A stretch of 64,000 bases of DNA from Eledone cirrhosa. Its lineage: Eukaryota. The notes beneath the pieces are model-generated. The model was not told the origin of the DNA, did not search any database, and saw only the letters and a list, made by a program, of their open reading frames with translations. The stretch covers positions 6,882,001-6,946,000 of the forward strand of contig OZ024748.1 in NCBI GenBank assembly GCA_964016885.1. Reading direction: 5' to 3'. The position numbers and the translations under genes were made by a program. Of this stretch, positions 57,010 to 64,000 are shown piece after piece. How positions within the stretch are numbered: position 1 is the stretch's first letter; each line of letters begins with the position of its first letter.

Positions 57010-57455
57010 ACTAGACCTGAAAAATCCGCAAGCTCAAAAGAGCCACAGAATATTATAATAAACCTTCAAAAGTGTGGGACTAGAGTTGTTGCTCAAAAAT
57101 ATTGTAATCATTATCTATCGTACACTCTGTGGCATCCTTTTATAAAAAAGAGACTCATAACGAACTCAAGACGACACGATAATTATTTAAGCTAATGTTC
57201 AATATCTCATATTAGATGTTTAGTAATGATTAATACGAAATGCACTTAAACCGAATTCTATATTATAAATTCACTTAAATAATGATCGTGTCGTCTTGAG
57301 TTCGTTATGAGTCTCTTTTTTATAAAAGGATGCCACAGAGTGTACGATAGATAATGATTACAATATTTTTGAGCAACAACTCTAGTCCCACACTTTTGAA
57401 GGGTTACTATAACATTCTGTGGCTCTTTTGTGCTTGCGCATTTTTCAGGTCTAGT
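57010..57455. repeat. 182-bp near-perfect inverted repeat with 82-bp spacer
   Basis: 57010-57191 versus 57274-57455, about six mismatches counted by eye. The left arm abuts (TA)n. Confidence 0.95.
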
Positions 57456-58759
57456 TTAATATTTTTTTAAGGCAACGCTTGTAATAACTCTAGTTCAACA
57501 TGATATATATTAATAATACATTATCGTTGTAATGTAATTAGATTATATAATTGTTATTTTATAAATGATCTTATAAATATTATTGTAAGATGTGTAAAAA
57601 TATTTTCAGACTTTTAATATAAACAACTACAAAAAACAATCAATATTAAACAAATATATTTTACATAATAATTGTTATAGTTGAATTAATAAAAATTAAA
57701 TATTACATACAAATAGTCTAACATAATAGTAAAAAAAATAATCTAACATAATAATAATAAAATAATCTAACATAAAACGAACAATAATATGGACAAATAT
57801 ACAAGTAAATATGATTCAACCAATATTATAAGTATGTTATAACGAACTGAAAAAAAGTAGTTAATATAAATTTAAAGAATCATATATAAATTAACAATAT
57901 AACTTACCAAAACGAGAAAAATATCTTGATGATAAACGACGAAATACAGGAGGAAGATTCGAAAACGAAACGATAAATAAACGTGCAAACACAATGGCGG
58001 ATGCTTTTGAGCAACAATTACTCTCGCTGGTTGATTAGCCAATAAGACGATGAAATTAGCCAATAAGACGATACATTACAAAACATGTTTGGCAGCGATC
58101 ACCACGGCCAGCGACACCCCTTGAATTTTTTATTCACAAGCTACGCATATATGTCAGACACGCAGACTTAAAACATTCTGTTGTTAGTCACTTCGTGTCT
58201 AACAGATAAAACGACGATATCAGAGTGTTCGACGTAAAGGTGAGATACCAGGGAATTATATTATATATATTATATATTCTTTCATATCATCCTTACACAG
58301 AAAAAAAAAATTATAATATTATACTAGACGGATAACTATGAATACTAATATAGTTAACTAGTATCAATTGATTTATTATGATATATGGTATATGATATAT
58401 GGTATATTGAGTAAGTTTGTGATGTATCCTAGATATATATGTCATTATTTCATTACGTACTTTACATATATTTCTGTTCCTATTTGTAATAGTCACTATG
58501 TCTTCAGAGACGTGATAATTTGAAATACAATTATACGATACCAACACACACATATATATATATACACTAATATATAGATATGTATATATATACATGTATG
58601 TATGTATGTATGTATATACAGACACATACACACAGACACACAGTCACAAAGACACACACACACATATATATATAATCTAATATAACTGTAATTTGCTTGT
58701 GTTTTGTTTTGTTTCATTTATTAATTATATATATATATATGCATATATATATATACATT

Positions 58760-58827
<68 letters not shown>

Positions 58828-58891
58828 TATACATATATATACATAGATACATATATATATACACATACACATATATATAGAGAGAGAAAGT

Positions 58892-58983
<92 letters not shown>

Positions 58984-59037
58984 CACATACACATATATAT
59001 ATATAGAGAGAAAGTTATATATATATACACACACACA

Positions 59038-59106
<69 letters not shown>

Positions 59107-59209
59107 TACTTTGTCCAAGATGATATTTGTTCTTGTGTATAATATACGTAATTTATATTTGATTAATCAAGGCGGATATGACATCTCCAGACAACTTCTG
59201 GTAATCACC

Positions 59210-59312
59210 ATAGTAACACTAATGGAGGTGGTGTCGGGGAATAACTGACTATAGTAACACTAATGGTGGCGGTGTCGGGGAATAACTGACTATAGTAACA
59301 CTAATGGAGGTG
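59210..59312. repeat. 41-bp minisatellite x2.5
   Basis: ATAGTAACACTAATGG at 59210, 59251 and 59292. Confidence 0.93.
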
Positions 59313-59364
59313 ACAGTAATGTTGATGATGATTGTGATTGGGGGGAGGGTCGCTGATGGTTTAG

Positions 59365-59810
59365 ATGATGGTGATGATGGTGATGATGGTGATGATGGTG
59401 ATGATGGTTATGATGGTGATTATGATGATGGCGATGGTGATGATGGTGATGATGACGATGATGGTGATGGTGATGATGGTGACGCACGGTGATGGTGATG
59501 ATGGTGATGATGGTGATGATCGTGATGGTGATGGTGATGATGCTGATGATGGTGATTGTAATGGTGATGAGGAGGAGGAGGACGACGACGATTAAGAGGA
59601 GGCTTCAGCAGAAGACGATGCTGGTGCACTCGTTGGTGTTGTTGGTGGTGGTAGGGGAATTGGTAGTGGTGATGGAGGTGATGATGATGTTGATGTTGCT
59701 CCTGCTGAAATGATGACGAGGAGGATGTTGGTGCTGGTATTGGTGTTGGTAGTGGTAGGGGTATTTGTAGTCGTGATGCTGGTCATGATGATGGTGATGG
59801 TGATGGTGTA
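59365..59810. repeat. Degenerate (GAT/GGT)n trinucleotide region
   Basis: Directly visible. Confidence 0.9.
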
Positions 59811-60438
59811 TATATCATATACCATAAAGATGATGATCATATTCATCATGATCAGAATGGGGATGATAGTAATGTTGGAAACAACGACTACACAACAACA
59901 TATCTATACAAAAGCTAGTACAACATCCACTATAAATATTCTACTAAACAACAACAACCTCAACAGCGACATTGTAAGATAATTCTTCTTAATTATCTTC
60001 TCATGAGACGATTCTTGTTTAGTTTTTTTCTCTATTATTTTGTTGATTAATAGGAGACAAGAAGAAATACTTAAATATTTTTGCTAATGAAGGGTTAATT
60101 CATTCGCTAAGCAATAAACGGATGAACAAATATCTCACTTGATTCAATTATATTAGGAAATTATCTGAAATTAGACAATTTTTGAGTGAGATATATATAC
60201 GATAGAGATACGATAAAGCCAATACGTAAATATAAGGAAATAATAGACTTGTATGAGGTTTATCCTATAATACTCATTAAAACCTCCGGGAGAGGTATAT
60301 TGTGATATGAGATACTTCCGACTCTACTTAAGACATATATTGATATTATTAGCTTATTTTGATATCTATTATATTCATTTTGTTGTCAGAGGTTAACAAT
60401 ATATATACATACACACACATACATATATATATACATAC

Positions 60439-60511
<73 letters not shown>

Positions 60512-60633
60512 TATATATATGTGTGTGTGTATGTATATATAAATATATATATATAATTATATATATATATATATGCATATATATGTGTGTGTATGTATAT
60601 ATATATATATATGGGTGTGTGTGCGTGTGTATG

Positions 60634-60731
<98 letters not shown>

Positions 60732-61023
60732 CGAATGTATGTTAGTGTAAACTGAGGTGCTTCAAAAAGGAAAATATAGAAACAGGCCACCTAGTGAAAA
60801 GAAAAATGGACAACATTGCCTATAGGGAAATCATGCCTGCCAGTAGATGGGAGTTCTTGTCCCCACAGGTGATACCATCCACAATATTCCATCTCTAGGG
60901 CTCTACGGCTCTACGGTTCTAAAAGCTTATATGCTCTACTTGTTCGACTATTTTTTATGTTCAAAAACCTACGTTGAAAGACCATTCTTTAAGCAACCAT
61001 ATATTCAAATTTTGTAGTGATCT

Positions 61024-61063
<40 letters not shown>

Positions 61064-61098
61064 AAGAAATTAAAAGATGGTTAAAACAGTTCTATATA

Positions 61099-61165
61099 TT
61101 TTATAATGCGCATTTCAAAAACAAATATCATCCTGGAACGATAGTTGCGTTCTCATCAGATAAAA
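61099..61165 (-). ncRNA. Type I hammerhead ribozyme motif (family F5)
   Basis: Minus strand: TTTTAT-CTGATGA-GAACGCAACTATC gttccaggat GATATTTGTTTTT-GAAA-TGCGCA-TT-ATAAAA. Confidence 0.78.
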
Positions 61166-61568
61166 TAAGGTCACCTGATATGATGCCTAAAAAACACTTG
61201 TGAACAAGGAAGTGTCCAGTCAACATATGATAAATAAATATAAAAGGATATAGAAGATTGGAAAAAAAAGGAAGGAAGAGGAAAAAAGGAAAAAGGAGAA
61301 GATAACGGAGGAAAAATTTAAGAAGGAAGGAGGAGAGAGAAAGAGAAAGGAGAGAGAAAGAGAAAGGAGAGAGAGGGTAAAACATTTAAACTGGAAACAC
61401 TGTCAAAACTGAAAAAGAGCTGTGAATAACGGCTGAAAAAAATATATATATACGGCTACTAAATAAATAAATAAAAAATTGATGAGGTTTATGATTGATG
61501 ATGTTTATTATTACAGATATAGAAACTAGGTATATATAATAATATATAATAATATATATATAATAACT

Positions 61569-61651
<83 letters not shown>

Positions 61652-61656
<5 letters not shown>

Positions 61657-61756
61657 ATAATTGTTTCTACTTTAGGCACAAGGCCAGCAATTACCCAGTG
61701 CATTACTGGTACTTTATTTTATCGACCCTGTAAGGATGAAAGGCAAAGTTAACCTA
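61652..61756 (-). mobile_element. 5'-truncated tRNA-derived SINE
   Basis: Core and 3' end only. ATAATAACTAGGTATATA is duplicated on either side (~61560 and ~61783). Confidence 0.87.
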
Positions 61757-61791
61757 TAATAATAATATATATATATATATATATAATAACT

Positions 61792-61832
<41 letters not shown>

Positions 61833-61848
61833 CATACATATATATGTT

Positions 61849-61895
<47 letters not shown>

Positions 61896-62087
61896 ATAAT
61901 CTACATATGTATCTCTGGTCAAAAGCCTCTTGAGATTTCATGCCAGAACTGGGCATAGCATCATGTACACTGAATTGGTCACGCATTCTTCCTTAACAGT
62001 TTCGAGCGTTCGGATTGGGTATGCGTTGAGTAGTCATAGGAACCGCTCAGTGTAATATTGCTTGCTCACACTATTGATCGATATGAG

Positions 62088-62155
<68 letters not shown>

Positions 62156-62412
62156 ATATAAAACATGAGAAAGAATATCATATATGTGATATCTAAATTG
62201 TTCTAGAATGATATATAATGAGCTCCATGCGTGTCACAATCCTTGCAAGACTCCATCTGGCACAGTGTGACGTTTCTGACACTGTTACCAATAAATAATT
62301 GATTATAGAATATGTAAGATATGGTGTAGAGCGAGTAATGATTGCTGGATATAATAGATATGGTAAATATATTGATCTCTGAAAACTTACTGACAGAGCT
62401 CAGCTAAACACA

Positions 62413-62494
<82 letters not shown>

Positions 62495-62571
62495 ATAGTG
62501 TGTATATATACGCATGTGTGTAGTAGACACGCACGCACACACACACACACACACAAACATATATATATATA

Positions 62572-62669
62572 CAGCGTGTCCCACAAAATGTATACACACT
62601 TCAACAGTATTCTAATGAATATTGCCTGTACAGGTAATCAAAGTGTGTATACATTTTTCCGGCACCCTG
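62572..62669. mobile_element. Tc1/mariner-type mini-MITE, 98-bp variant with TA duplication
   Basis: TA|CAGCGTGTCCCACAAAATGTATACACACTT ... AAGTGTGTATACATTTTTCCGGCACCCTG|TA. Confidence 0.85.
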
Positions 62670-62740
62670 TACGAATATATATAAATATACATATATATAT
62701 ATACATACATATATATACATATATATATATACATATATAT

Positions 62741-62863
62741 GTCGAAACGGCCGGAGCTCATCCGTTGGGGTCCTAACTCTTTTCCTATTACCCACTCTAC
62801 TACCCTAAGTATTGAGTACTCTGGTGCGTTATGGTCCACCTCGTATCTTATGACACCCTCTTT

Positions 62864-62864
<1 letters not shown>
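62741..62864 (+). mobile_element. Family F1 copy without hairpin, starting at GTCGAAACGGCCG
   Basis: Collinear with 17490-17612. (TA)n lies on both sides. Confidence 0.85.
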
Positions 62865-62910
<46 letters not shown>

Positions 62911-63021
62911 ATGTGTGTGTATATGTATATCTCCCTCACCTTCCTTTCTCTCTCTCTCTCTATATATAATATATATATATGTGTGTGTGTATGTGTGTGT
63001 ATATATATATATATATATAAA

Positions 63022-63054
<33 letters not shown>

Positions 63055-63519
63055 AAGGAAGGTGAGAGAGAGAGAGACAGACAGCAGAGAGGTGAGAGAG
63101 AGACAGTGGTAGAGAGAGATATGTGAGAGAGACGACCGAGAGATGTTTCAATCGTATTAGTTCGTTACAAAGTTAGCAAGGCTGAGGTAACGAATGCTAG
63201 GTAAGAAATAAAGGTATTTGTCCTGAAACATTTAAACAATGCAGCTGAAGAAAGCTCTGATTGGGTAGAAATAATGATGCATGTTTTGGTGGGATTGAAA
63301 ATCTGTCAGGATGATTAAGTGGTTAGGGCGGGTACATTATAGACAGCTTCTTACCGGACATGTAGGTTTACTGTTGCTGACGTTGCAGTAACTTGTGTGG
63401 ATGTGGGAGAATAAGAGGAGAACTTGTCTCACTATTCTTCTATTGTATTACTGAATATTTACCAATCAGCCAGATGGTGTCGTTTAGTTGCTATTTTAGA
63501 TTGAGTCGTGTTTTGACGT

Positions 63520-64000
63520 TGGTGTTGTTATTGGTGGTGTTGTTGTGTTGTTATTGGTGGTGTTGTTGTGTTGTTGTTGGTGGTAGTGGTGTGTTGTTGT
63601 TGTGTCGTTGTTGGTGGTGGTGTTGTTGTGTTGTTGGTGGTGTTGTTGTGTTGTTGTTGGTGGTGTTGTTGTTGTGTTGTTGTTGGTGGTGGTGTTGTGT
63701 TGTTGTTGTTGGTGGTGTTGTTGTGTTGTTGTTGGTGGTGGTGTTGTTGTGTTGTTGTTGTTGGTGGTGTTGTGTTGTTGTTGGTGGGGGTGTTGTGTTG
63801 TTGTTGTTGGTGGTGTTGTGTTGTTGTTGGTGGTGGTGTTGTGTTGTTGTTGTTGGTGGTGGTGTTGTGTTGTTGTTGGTGGTGGTGTTGTTGTTGGTGG
63901 TGTTGTTGTGTTGTTGTTGGTGGGGGTGTTGTGTTGTTGTTGTTGGTGGTGTTGTTGTGTTGTTGTTGTTGGTGGTGTTGTGTTGTTGTTGTTGGTGGTG
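63520..64000. repeat. Compound (GGT/GTT/GT) low-complexity satellite running to the window end
   Basis: Directly visible. Confidence 0.95.

Noticed and set aside
57440-57455. Helitron 3' end (CTAG|T)
   Set aside because: There is no convincing GC-rich subterminal hairpin, and the motif is simply the end of a symmetric inverted repeat.

Overview
AT-rich, microsatellite-saturated eukaryotic DNA with no host gene exon that I can recognise. It is most likely an octopod cephalopod intron or intergenic region; this rests on my recollection of octopus SINE families, not a database search. A 200-N scaffold gap lies at 28800-28999. Almost all listed ORFs are translations of (TA)n/(CA)n/(GA)n arrays. 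Only two clear coding remnants exist: a 5'-truncated RTE-clade LINE reverse transcriptase (7895-8962, one in-frame stop) and the C-terminal GIY-YIG endonuclease of a Penelope-like element (PLE; 23095-23628). The window also has about 15 copies or fragments of a tRNA-derived SINE, a small TA-flanked Tc1/mariner-type MITE family and a hAT-type MITE. The main hidden signal is a dense population of short non-coding inserts lying in or next to (TA)n arrays. Many carry type I hammerhead ribozyme motifs (CUGANGA...GAAA...NUH): eight readable copies from five sequence families, several with a palindromic stem III. Many also carry fold-back inverted duplications. One hammerhead motif lies directly behind the PLE endonuclease ORF, which links the set to PLE terminal repeats. 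A tRNA-headed element shows the same (TA)n-embedded, fold-back behaviour, so it may be a SINE mobilised by PLE machinery. A 450-bp degenerate palindrome carrying two convergent tRNA-like Pol III units is also notable.
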